Positions 40,970 through 49,806 of a stretch of 64,000 bases of DNA are shown piece after piece. The stretch is from Nitrosopumilus sp. (GTDB lineage: Archaea > Thermoproteota > Nitrososphaeria > Nitrososphaerales > Nitrosopumilaceae). The translations under genes were made by a program, and so were the position numbers. The notes under the pieces are model-generated. The model searched no databases and had not been told where the DNA came from. It saw only the letters and a list, made by a program, of their open reading frames with translations. Within the stretch, counting starts at the first letter, position 1. The number at the start of each line of letters is the position of its first letter. Where the stretch lies: positions 512,001 through 576,000 of the forward strand of contig OZ245040.1 of assembly GCA_965224195.1 (NCBI GenBank), given 5' to 3'.

Positions 40970-43837
40970 ATGACGATTAACTGGAATGAAATAGAAACTA
41001 AATGGCGAAACAAATGGATTGAATCAAAAAACTTTGAGACAAACCCAAATGAGAAACCAAAAAAATTTATCACAGTAGCTTATCCGTATCCAAACTCTCC
41101 ACAACACATTGGACATGGCAGAACATACACGCTAGCTGATGTTCACGCAAGGTATTATCGAATGCAAGGGTATAACGTATTGTTCCCAATGGGATTTCAT
41201 TATACTGGAACTCCTGTGTTAGGTATGGCCAAAAGAATTCAAGCTGGAGAAAAAGAAATTCTTGATGGATTGAGAAATGTATATCATGTTTCAGAAGAGG
41301 ATATCAAAACATTTGTTGAACCAATAAAGATTGCAGATTATTTCCATGAAGAAATAAAATCTGGAATGATAGAGATGGGTTATTCCATTGATTGGAGACG
41401 AGAATTCACTACTATAGTTCCAGGTTATCAGAAATTTATCGAGTGGCAAATTACCACACTGAAAGAAAATGGTAAAATCATTCAGGGTAGTCATCCAGTG
41501 GGATGGTGTCCTAAAGATCAAAATCCTGTATCACAGCACGATACAATGGGGGATGTTGAACCCAAAATTGATGATAAAAATTTCCTAGTCAAATTCAAGT
41601 TTGGTGAATTTATTTTCCCAGTTACAACGTTACGACCTGAAACAGTTTTTGGTGTAACTAATTTGTGGGTCAATCCAAATGTAATATATAAAAAAGTTAC
41701 AGTTGATAATGAAACATGGATAGTTGCTGAGCAATGTGCAAAGAAAATAGAATTCTTTGAAAAAGAGGTCAAAGTAATTGGCGATATACCAAGTAGTGAG
41801 GTTATTGGAAAATATGCTACAAATCACAATGGAGTAGAGATTCCAATTTTAGAGGCAGAGTTTGTAGAGCCTGGAATGGGTACAGGATTAGTAATGTCAG
41901 TGCCAGCTCACGCTCCAAAAGATTACCAGGCATTAATGGATCTCAAGGCCAAAAATCATGAATTAGCATCCAAAATCGAGCCTATTCCAATTATTGTAAC
42001 TCCAGGATATGATGTATACCCTGCAAAACAAATTTGTGAAAAATTAGGAGTTGCAAACCAAACAGATGAGAAATTAGAAGAGGCAACAAAAGAGTTGTAT
42101 CTCAAAGAATTCACAGATGGAAAGTTAAATGAAAAATGTGATCAATTCAACAATGAAAAAGTTCAGTTTGGACGAGACAAGGTACGAGCATGGTTAGAAG
42201 AAAAGAACATCCTAGAAAAATTCCCAGTACTTGAGAATGCACCAGTGCATTGTAGATGTGGTGCAGAATGTGTTGTTAAAATATTGAACAATCAATGGTT
42301 TTTGAATTACGGAGATGAAGAATGGAAAGAACTTGCTCGCAATTGTTTTGATGAGATGAACATTCTACCAAGTAACCTCAGAACAGAATTCAAAGAAGTA
42401 ATTGATTGGTTGCACGAGCGAGCATGTGCAAGACAACAAGGATTGGGAACAAAGTTACCATGGGATAAAGATTGGATTGTAGAGTCACTTTCAGATAGTG
42501 TGATTTACATGGCATACTATACAATTTCACGATTTGTTAATGATGGAACTATAACACCTGAAAATTTAACTCGAGAATTATTTGATTATATTTTATTAGA
42601 TAAAGGAGATTTGTCTCTAGCTGTTAGTACATCCAATCTTACAGAGGATGTGATCAATACATTGAAAAAAGAATTCCAATATTTCTATCCAGTTGATTCA
42701 AGACATTCAGGTAGAGATTTGGTACAGAATCATCTATCATTTTTTGTTCTTAATCATGTTGCAATATTTGAGAAAAAATTATGGCCACAAGAAATTGTAG
42801 TTAATGGTAGTGTCATGATGGATGGTGCTAAAATGAGTAAGAGTATGGGAAATATCATTCCATTGCGTACTGCAATCAGAGACCATGGTGCAGATCCAAT
42901 TAGACTAGCAATAATTTCATCAGCTGAGTTACTTCAAGATGCTGATTTTAACATGGAATCAGTATATGGTATTCAAAACAAGCTAGAATCATTACTAGAA
43001 GAGTGCTCTAGGCTCAAAAATGAACCAATTTCAGAGTTACAAGCAGAAGATAGATGGATTTTATCAAAAACTCAGAGCGTGATTGGTACAGTTACTGAAT
43101 CCCTTGAAAAGATGAGATTAAGGGAGGGATTGCATGAGATTTTGTTTTCATTTGAATCAGATTTGAGTTGGTACAACAAACGAGTTGAAGCTAAAGGTAG
43201 AGAAGATGTTTCAGGAATATTGTATAAAATAAATTCTGCTCGAGTTGCAATGTTGTCTCCATTTGCACCACACATAGCTGAGGAAATGTGGGAGAAGCTT
43301 GGAAATGATAGCCAAGTATCAAAATCAGTATGGCCTGTACATTCTAAAGATGAGATTGATGCTACTGCAATTCAATCAGAGAATTTACTCAAATCAACTA
43401 TTGCCGATATTGCAAACATTCTCAAAGTTACAAAGATTATTCCGAAAAAAATTGTAATCTATGTAAACTCTGATGAATTCAAATCCAAAGTGTATCGAAA
43501 AATACTAGGAATTATGGTAGGGGGTCAAAACAACATGGGAGTTGTAATGAAGGAATTAATTGCAGATCCTGAGACTACAGAGGCTAAAAAAAATCCAGAC
43601 TATATCCAAAAAGTAATCAAGGATTTGCATTCAGAGTCTGAAGAAATTAAAACTATGAAATTAGAATCTGATTCGTTTGATGAAAAAAAATTCCTATCAT
43701 CAGAATTATCCAGTATTGGAAAGAAAGAGTTTGGAGTTGATATTACGGTATATTCTGAATCAGATGATAACATCTATGATCCTAAAGGAAAAGCAAGACA
43801 TGCTCGACCGTTTAAACCTGCAATACTAATTGAATAG
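40970..43837 (+). CDS. leuS: Leucyl-tRNA synthetase (archaeal type)
   Basis: YPYPNSPQHIGH, TTLRPET, GTGLVMSVPAHAP, KMSKSMGN. Confidence 0.98.
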   Translation: MTINWNEIETKWRNKWIESKNFETNPNEKPKKFITVAYPYPNSPQHIGHGRTYTLADVHARYYRMQGYNVLFPMGFHYTGTPVLGMAKRIQAGEKEILDGLRNVYHVSEEDIKTFVEPIKIADYFHEEIKSGMIEMGYSIDWRREFTTIVPGYQKFIEWQITTLKENGKIIQGSHPVGWCPKDQNPVSQHDTMGDVEPKIDDKNFLVKFKFGEFIFPVTTLRPETVFGVTNLWVNPNVIYKKVTVDNETWIVAEQCAKKIEFFEKEVKVIGDIPSSEVIGKYATNHNGVEIPILEAEFVEPGMGTGLVMSVPAHAPKDYQALMDLKAKNHELASKIEPIPIIVTPGYDVYPAKQICEKLGVANQTDEKLEEATKELYLKEFTDGKLNEKCDQFNNEKVQFGRDKVRAWLEEKNILEKFPVLENAPVHCRCGAECVVKILNNQWFLNYGDEEWKELARNCFDEMNILPSNLRTEFKEVIDWLHERACARQQGLGTKLPWDKDWIVESLSDSVIYMAYYTISRFVNDGTITPENLTRELFDYILLDKGDLSLAVSTSNLTEDVINTLKKEFQYFYPVDSRHSGRDLVQNHLSFFVLNHVAIFEKKLWPQEIVVNGSVMMDGAKMSKSMGNIIPLRTAIRDHGADPIRLAIISSAELLQDADFNMESVYGIQNKLESLLEECSRLKNEPISELQAEDRWILSKTQSVIGTVTESLEKMRLREGLHEILFSFESDLSWYNKRVEAKGREDVSGILYKINSARVAMLSPFAPHIAEEMWEKLGNDSQVSKSVWPVHSKDEIDATAIQSENLLKSTIADIANILKVTKIIPKKIVIYVNSDEFKSKVYRKILGIMVGGQNNMGVVMKELIADPETTEAKKNPDYIQKVIKDLHSESEEIKTMKLESDSFDEKKFLSSELSSIGKKEFGVDITVYSESDDNIYDPKGKARHARPFKPAILIE

Positions 43838-43896
43838 AAAGTAGTTTTTATTCGGAAAATAATACATAAAAACAACAATTCAGGCTCAAATATGGA

Positions 43897-44342
43897 TTAT
43901 TTTCTTTCATTAATTTCAAATGATTTTGGAATGTTGCCCTCTACAACGACATAACGAACCTGTTTGTTTTCAATCAATTTTTTAACTTTATTTTCATTTG
44001 TGGATAATCTTGTCCCTAAAGATTTTACTTCTATAAAATCAACAGAATTATCTTTTATTCCAAGCAAATCTAATGAGGCTTGTTTTGATACACTTGAGAT
44101 AATTGCAAGCTGTTCGTATTCATTTAGAAGTTTAAAAGTCCCTAGGATTTCGTTTAATTCTCCCGTACTTCGCTTCTGCCTAATGTTTTAGTCTTTTTTT
44201 GAATTTCCCCATGTTCTTCTACAACTGATTTCATATCACCATCATGTTTTTGTCTGAGTTTGATTATCATTATTGCAAGTATTCCTAGAGTAATTGTAAC
44301 AATTATTGCCCAAACAAGGACTAGAGTAAATTCATGTTCCAT
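43897..44342 (-). pseudogene. TM-anchored Holliday-junction-resolvase-like endonuclease, frameshifted
   Basis: After ..SEVR the shifted frame reads GELNEILG..LDLLGIKDNSVDFIEVKSLGTRLSTNENKVKKLIENKQVRY. Confidence 0.7.
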
Positions 44343-44443
44343 GAAATACTATAAAATCTGTAATACTTAGGTTTTAAATTAAATTTTTAAATTTTATTTA
44401 TGTTGACTGATAACAAATAAATCTTCAATGTACTTGAATCATA

Positions 44444-45286
44444 TTAGTTATCAAGCAAATTTTGTAAAGATTGGATGTTTTGTTTTTTTAATTCTTGTTT
44501 TGATTTAAGTGAAGATACAAGATGATCATATGATTTTATACCTCCTTTAAAATTTGAAAAGAAATTATCCATAAAAAGAGAATCAGTTTTGTGCTGTAGT
44601 AATTTTTCATATATGGGATTATGTTTTTTCAACGTAGAAATTGTTCTTTTGAGTGCAGTTTCAAAGATAAATTTGCTTTCTCCATTATCCCAACCACTTA
44701 ATTTCATCCATTTAATGTAAAGATCTTCAAAAATCCAAATTACATCTTCTTCAAGTTCTTTTATAGAATAGTTTTTATCTAATTTTGATAGAATTACAAT
44801 AGGATCTTTTTTCTCAATTTCGATAGTTTCTTGTACTAACAAATTCTGATCAAAACAAGGAACATTTTCTAAACTACAGCAATCCGAAAGGGCAATATCA
44901 CCTGTAATGATGCCCGCATCAGATTCAATTTTTGCTATTGCTAACAGTATAGAGTCTGGGAAATGTAGTCCTTTACTAGAATATTTTTTTTCTAGTAAAA
45001 CCGCATCAGATTTTGCTGTACTTGTCGTGGTATAATCATGAATTCTATCACCAAAAGCTTCTGTAAGGCGCTTTATCATGATGTTTTTTGTAAATCCTGG
45101 CCATCTACCTGTTGATGGTTTTTTTGGTTTGAAAAGTTCTGCAAATACCTCATTACATACAGCAATTTGACATTTTTTACCTTTAAGAAATTCTTGAATC
45201 TGCTTTTTCTTCTGGGGCTCATTAAGGGCCTGAATTACAGCATTTGTGTCAATTATAAAAAATAAATTTGTAGAATTAGAGGACAT
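44444..45286 (-). CDS. PIN-domain protein with helical C-terminal extension
   Basis: IIDTNAVI, VFAEL, LHFPDSILLAIA, IITGDIAL. Confidence 0.85.
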   Translation of the reverse strand: MSSNSTNLFFIIDTNAVIQALNEPQKKKQIQEFLKGKKCQIAVCNEVFAELFKPKKPSTGRWPGFTKNIMIKRLTEAFGDRIHDYTTTSTAKSDAVLLEKKYSSKGLHFPDSILLAIAKIESDAGIITGDIALSDCCSLENVPCFDQNLLVQETIEIEKKDPIVILSKLDKNYSIKELEEDVIWIFEDLYIKWMKLSGWDNGESKFIFETALKRTISTLKKHNPIYEKLLQHKTDSLFMDNFFSNFKGGIKSYDHLVSSLKSKQELKKQNIQSLQNLLDN

Positions 45287-45452
45287 AATTAATCCGCCTC
45301 AATTTTAGCAAAAGCATAGATTTTGAAATTTCATTAGAAAATAATCTAATTTGTCTATCCATAGGATACACCTTTTTAGTAATCTAATAGGCTTTTTCAA
45401 TTTTTTATTAATTTCTTAATATGTATGATATTCCAAAATTAAATGACATCAT

Positions 45453-46133
45453 TTGAGAATTAGTGAAATTTTTGAATCAGTTCAAGGTGAAGGAACCAAT
45501 GCTGGAAAAGAATCTATTTTCATCCGTACTGCTTTATGTAATTTAAAATGCTCTTGGTGTGATACAAAGTACACTTGGGATTGGGATAATTTTGATTATA
45601 ATTCTGAAGTTCACGACATGACAATAGATGAAATCATACAAAAATTAAAAAACTTTACTGCAAAAAATATTGTAATTACTGGAGGTGAGCCTTTGATTCA
45701 ACAAGATGAATTGATATTATTGTTATCGTCATTACCAAAAAAATTCTTTATAGAGATTGAAACAAATGGAACAATTCTTCCTTTAGATAGACTAATTCCA
45801 TTAATTGATCAGTGGAATGTTTCGCCAAAAACATCAAATTCCAATAATCTTATTGAACAATGCGAAATAGGAAACTGTTATAAATTTTTTAAAAATCATA
45901 CAAAAACCTTTTTTAAATTTGTTGTAGAGTCTGAATCAGATATTTTAGAAATATCAAATATTATAGAAAAATATGAACTGGATAAATCTAAAATTCTTCT
46001 AATGCCTCAGGCTTTGACAAAAAATGATTTAATTTCAAAAGAATCCTTAATTCAAACTTTATGTAAAAAAAATAATTTTAGATATTCATCTAGACTACAC
46101 GTTATGAGATGGGGAAATGTTAGAGGACGTTAA
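45453..46133 (+). CDS. queE: 7-carboxy-7-deazaguanine synthase (radical SAM)
   Basis: ISEIFESVQGEG, FIRTALCNLKCSWCDT, ITGGEP, IETNGT, NVSPK, RLH. Confidence 0.95.
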   Translation: MRISEIFESVQGEGTNAGKESIFIRTALCNLKCSWCDTKYTWDWDNFDYNSEVHDMTIDEIIQKLKNFTAKNIVITGGEPLIQQDELILLLSSLPKKFFIEIETNGTILPLDRLIPLIDQWNVSPKTSNSNNLIEQCEIGNCYKFFKNHTKTFFKFVVESESDILEISNIIEKYELDKSKILLMPQALTKNDLISKESLIQTLCKKNNFRYSSRLHVMRWGNVRGR

Positions 46134-46487
46134 TTATTTTGTAACTGAGCAATACGATGAACTTCCTTCAAAGAATTTTACGCTTGAAAGAGGTATTTTC
46201 CCCTCTAGATTCTCAAAAATCCATGCTGCAATATTTTCGGATGTGGGAAAATCAAACATTTTATCTAAATCATTATGATCTAATTGACCGATAACATTCC
46301 AACAGGTCTTTTTCATTTCAGAAAAATCAAGAAGCATATTTTCTTGATATGTATTTCCTTTTGGAACCACCCCTTCTACTTCAACAACTATTTTCGAAGT
46401 ATGTCCGTGTGGCTGCCCACATTTTGGATGTCCCTTTAAGGTATGTGCAAAATCAATTTCAAATTCTACACCTAGCTTTGTTTTCAT
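46134..46487 (-). CDS. queD: 6-carboxy-5,6,7,8-tetrahydropterin synthase
   Basis: AH.L..HPKCGQPHGH, LDH, PTSENIA. Confidence 0.95.
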   Translation of the reverse strand: MKTKLGVEFEIDFAHTLKGHPKCGQPHGHTSKIVVEVEGVVPKGNTYQENMLLDFSEMKKTCWNVIGQLDHNDLDKMFDFPTSENIAAWIFENLEGKIPLSSVKFFEGSSSYCSVTK

Positions 46488-46564
46488 AACATCACGGATT
46501 ATTCTAATCTATTTAGTAGTTTATTTACAGAAAAACTATTCAATGAAAATGATTATTTTAGATT

Positions 46565-47329
46565 ATGAAAATGAGTTCATGTAAAACATGTCCTTGTCCT
46601 TGTGGTTGTAAAGCATCATCTAGTACACTTGAAGAAATAGAGAAAGTGTTCGGGTGGAGGGGGAAGATAACTCAATCATATTGTAAAAAATGTAGGGGAA
46701 AACACAAACAAAATCAACCAAGTGAAACAATATCTCCAATTTATGAATTTATTCTTAAAGGAATTAATTTTGATTATCAAAATACTAGAGAATATTATTC
46801 AAAACTTCCCAAATATGATGAAATGGGACATCATCTTACTCATGAAATGAAAAATAAATTAACAAAAAAATATCTGCTTGATAAAAATAATGAATTTATA
46901 GAACATTTCTTAAAATTACTTGAGAAACCAGAAGCTAATATTGAAGAAAAATTATTTTTAAAATTCTTTAAAATGTATAATTTTCATACTAAAAAACCAG
47001 ATCATGAAAGTTTTTTTAATTTTATAATTTCATTAGGATCTAAAGAGATTGATCCTGAACAAGAATTAACTCCAAAAATGCAAACTTATGTAATTTTAAA
47101 AATTCATACAGTGATTACTAGTACATATATGAAAATTCTATCTGTAAAATTGAAAAATTCATCTGCATTCATTATTAGTTTTGTCAATGATATGAATCAA
47201 GATTTTATTAAAAATACTACTCAAATTCATATTTTAGATCGTGATATGATTAAATTTTTATTAAAAAACGAATTAATTTTGGAACCTCTGACTTTTTTAG
47301 AGATAAATCTACTTTTGGAAGTGTTTTAG
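46565..47329 (+). CDS. Hypothetical protein with N-terminal Cys cluster (Zn finger)
   Basis: CKTCPCPCGC..FGWR..QSYCKKCR. Confidence 0.6.
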   Translation: MKMSSCKTCPCPCGCKASSSTLEEIEKVFGWRGKITQSYCKKCRGKHKQNQPSETISPIYEFILKGINFDYQNTREYYSKLPKYDEMGHHLTHEMKNKLTKKYLLDKNNEFIEHFLKLLEKPEANIEEKLFLKFFKMYNFHTKKPDHESFFNFIISLGSKEIDPEQELTPKMQTYVILKIHTVITSTYMKILSVKLKNSSAFIISFVNDMNQDFIKNTTQIHILDRDMIKFLLKNELILEPLTFLEINLLLEVF

Positions 47330-47491
47330 ATGATATCTGATATTTTTCTAATTAAAATACCAAACGGTGTATAGTTACATTAAATGAAATATTCATTTAT
47401 TTGATTTATTTCCAATGAAATTTTAGTCAAGAAATATATTTTATTTTTTGATACATAATGGTTAATTCCTTCAAATAACCTATTCAAATAA

Positions 47492-49783
47492 TTGTCAAAA
47501 AATAATGAAATAAGACACCTTGATATTAAAAAATTTACGAACGATTGGAATTCTGGAATGAGTTTTGTTGATTTATCTATAAAATATAATTTGGATTATA
47601 CTGGAAAAGCCAAAAGAATTGGGGAAAAATTAGGCTTGAAAAAACAAAAAAACCTAGACTTTTTTGAACGATTTCTCACAAACCCCAAAAAAACGGATAA
47701 ATTTATCTCAATGTATAATGACGACTCCATCAAAGTTAGAGAAATAACTAAACATTTTGATTTTACAGATAATGGGTATGTTTCAAAATTAGCAAAAAGA
47801 ATTGGAATTCCTGTAAGAGCAGGAGGATATGCAAGTCAAGGTAAATTTGATAAATCTGGGAATGAATTTTCCAAAATGTGGAATGAAAATATAGATAGTC
47901 AAGCAATAATGGAAAAATTGAATATAAGTAATGCCTCTTTACATACTTGGAGAGTTAAACTAGGCTTAAAACCTAGAACTCAAGGAAGAATTTTTCCTAA
48001 CGCAATTAAAAATAAAATTGAATTATTGTTACTAGAAAATTCAGGCGCATTAACATCTAAAGAACTAAAAAAATTACTAAATAAGGATATTCTCAATTTA
48101 ACAGATGCGTGCAAATCAATGAAATTTCAAAGACTGTCTTTGACTTTACATATAACTGGAAGGCGTTCTCGTCAGCCTACGGATTATTTTGGTGACAATA
48201 CTGGTCAAACTATAATATTTTTGAATAACATGTATGATAGTTTAATTCTCAAACTATCAAAAATATTGAGGGAAGGTAATATGTATAAAAATAATTTACT
48301 AAAAAAAGCAGTTTACAAATTCATGATTTCTCGTCTTGCAGAAAATGATATTAAAATTAAAAATAGAGAATCTCAACTTTTTCAAATTCTGTATAACAAA
48401 GAAAAACAAAATGAACTTGAATCTTTTATAAAAGTACAATTGAATAAATATTCAATTAAACAAAAACCCATAAAATCAATTTCAGAAATTAAATCAAATG
48501 ATCCTCTAGTTGATCAAATTATTGAAAATAAGCCAAAATCAATATTTTATGGACGTAAATTTGAATCAGAATTCATATTAAATGAACTAGATTCAGCCTA
48601 TCCAGATCAACAAAAAATACTTGTCCAAGAAATTTTTACACCTTTTAACTTTATTTGTACCTCTTTGAATGATGGATATTTTAATTTAAAAATTACTTCA
48701 AATGAATCATTTTTAATAAGATTCATGCTTCACCAACTGATCAATTCAACTACTCTTAACATATTTCACAGTAAATTAAATGGAAAAAAAGGAATAATAA
48801 TTAATTTTGAATTTATATCCGAATCAGTTCTTAAAACAATCCCTGAAAATATTCAGATTTTTAATAAAAATGATTTATTTTCATTATTAAATTCAGTTGA
48901 ATTTTTACCAATTAAACCCAATTCATTTGCAAAAATTATGTTTGGGGAAAACAAAGATGAGATTGTTTTTTGTAATGATGTTGATTTTAAAACAAATATT
49001 GCAGCAATCAGTGATTCAAATAAAAAAATAGACAATGTTTCGATAAAATTTTTGAAGCATATTAAATTACCAAAAGAAATTTCATTTTCAGATTATTTTA
49101 ATTTCATCAAAAAATTAGACAGAATATCTGTTAATGAAAATATTTCTTCCATGGATGAATGTATTGTAGATGTAACATCAATTAACACTGGATATTGGCC
49201 TATGATTGACTCTAAAGTGGATTCTAACCATACAAAAATTTTACTTCTTCATAATTCTTCTGATCAACGTATTGGTTATGATAACTATACTACTAGTACC
49301 GGATTTTTACGAAATGCTCTAATCAAATGTAATTGTTTATCATGGATTTCTCAAGAAAATCCTATTTTGTGTAAACATTCTGTTGCATTGTTATTTCACA
49401 TGTGGAAAGGAAACATTGCAAAATTTGATTGGCACATTGAAAGGAAAACAGTTGAAGACTTTTTAGATTATGTATCTTTCTTGATAAATTATTCGATTAA
49501 AATAGAGAATTTTTGGTTTCAAAAAATTGATCATGCAAAGGCAAATTGGGATTTAATTCATCATGCAATTTGTAATCTTATTGATGGTAAAATTTTCAAA
49601 ACCCCAAATTATGAGGAATCAGAAAAATCTGAATTGGAAAATTTAATGTTTGAATACAAAAATGAAAATAATAATTTGTTTAATTCTATGACTGAAATAC
49701 ATGCTGATCAAAGAAAAATGATCCGACAATCTTTGGATTATCAATTTAAAGAAAAAATGGAAGAATTAAAAAAATCATCATAA
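47492..49783 (+). CDS. Multidomain protein: tandem HTHs, degenerate REase-like domain, C-terminal SWIM zinc finger
   Basis: Three HTH-like repeats ending (K/R)(L/I)G(L/I); SWIM CNC..LCKHSVALL. Confidence 0.65.
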   Translation: MSKNNEIRHLDIKKFTNDWNSGMSFVDLSIKYNLDYTGKAKRIGEKLGLKKQKNLDFFERFLTNPKKTDKFISMYNDDSIKVREITKHFDFTDNGYVSKLAKRIGIPVRAGGYASQGKFDKSGNEFSKMWNENIDSQAIMEKLNISNASLHTWRVKLGLKPRTQGRIFPNAIKNKIELLLLENSGALTSKELKKLLNKDILNLTDACKSMKFQRLSLTLHITGRRSRQPTDYFGDNTGQTIIFLNNMYDSLILKLSKILREGNMYKNNLLKKAVYKFMISRLAENDIKIKNRESQLFQILYNKEKQNELESFIKVQLNKYSIKQKPIKSISEIKSNDPLVDQIIENKPKSIFYGRKFESEFILNELDSAYPDQQKILVQEIFTPFNFICTSLNDGYFNLKITSNESFLIRFMLHQLINSTTLNIFHSKLNGKKGIIINFEFISESVLKTIPENIQIFNKNDLFSLLNSVEFLPIKPNSFAKIMFGENKDEIVFCNDVDFKTNIAAISDSNKKIDNVSIKFLKHIKLPKEISFSDYFNFIKKLDRISVNENISSMDECIVDVTSINTGYWPMIDSKVDSNHTKILLLHNSSDQRIGYDNYTTSTGFLRNALIKCNCLSWISQENPILCKHSVALLFHMWKGNIAKFDWHIERKTVEDFLDYVSFLINYSIKIENFWFQKIDHAKANWDLIHHAICNLIDGKIFKTPNYEESEKSELENLMFEYKNENNNLFNSMTEIHADQRKMIRQSLDYQFKEKMEELKKSS

Positions 49784-49806
49784 TCGGTAATTACACAAAA
49801 GGTTTT

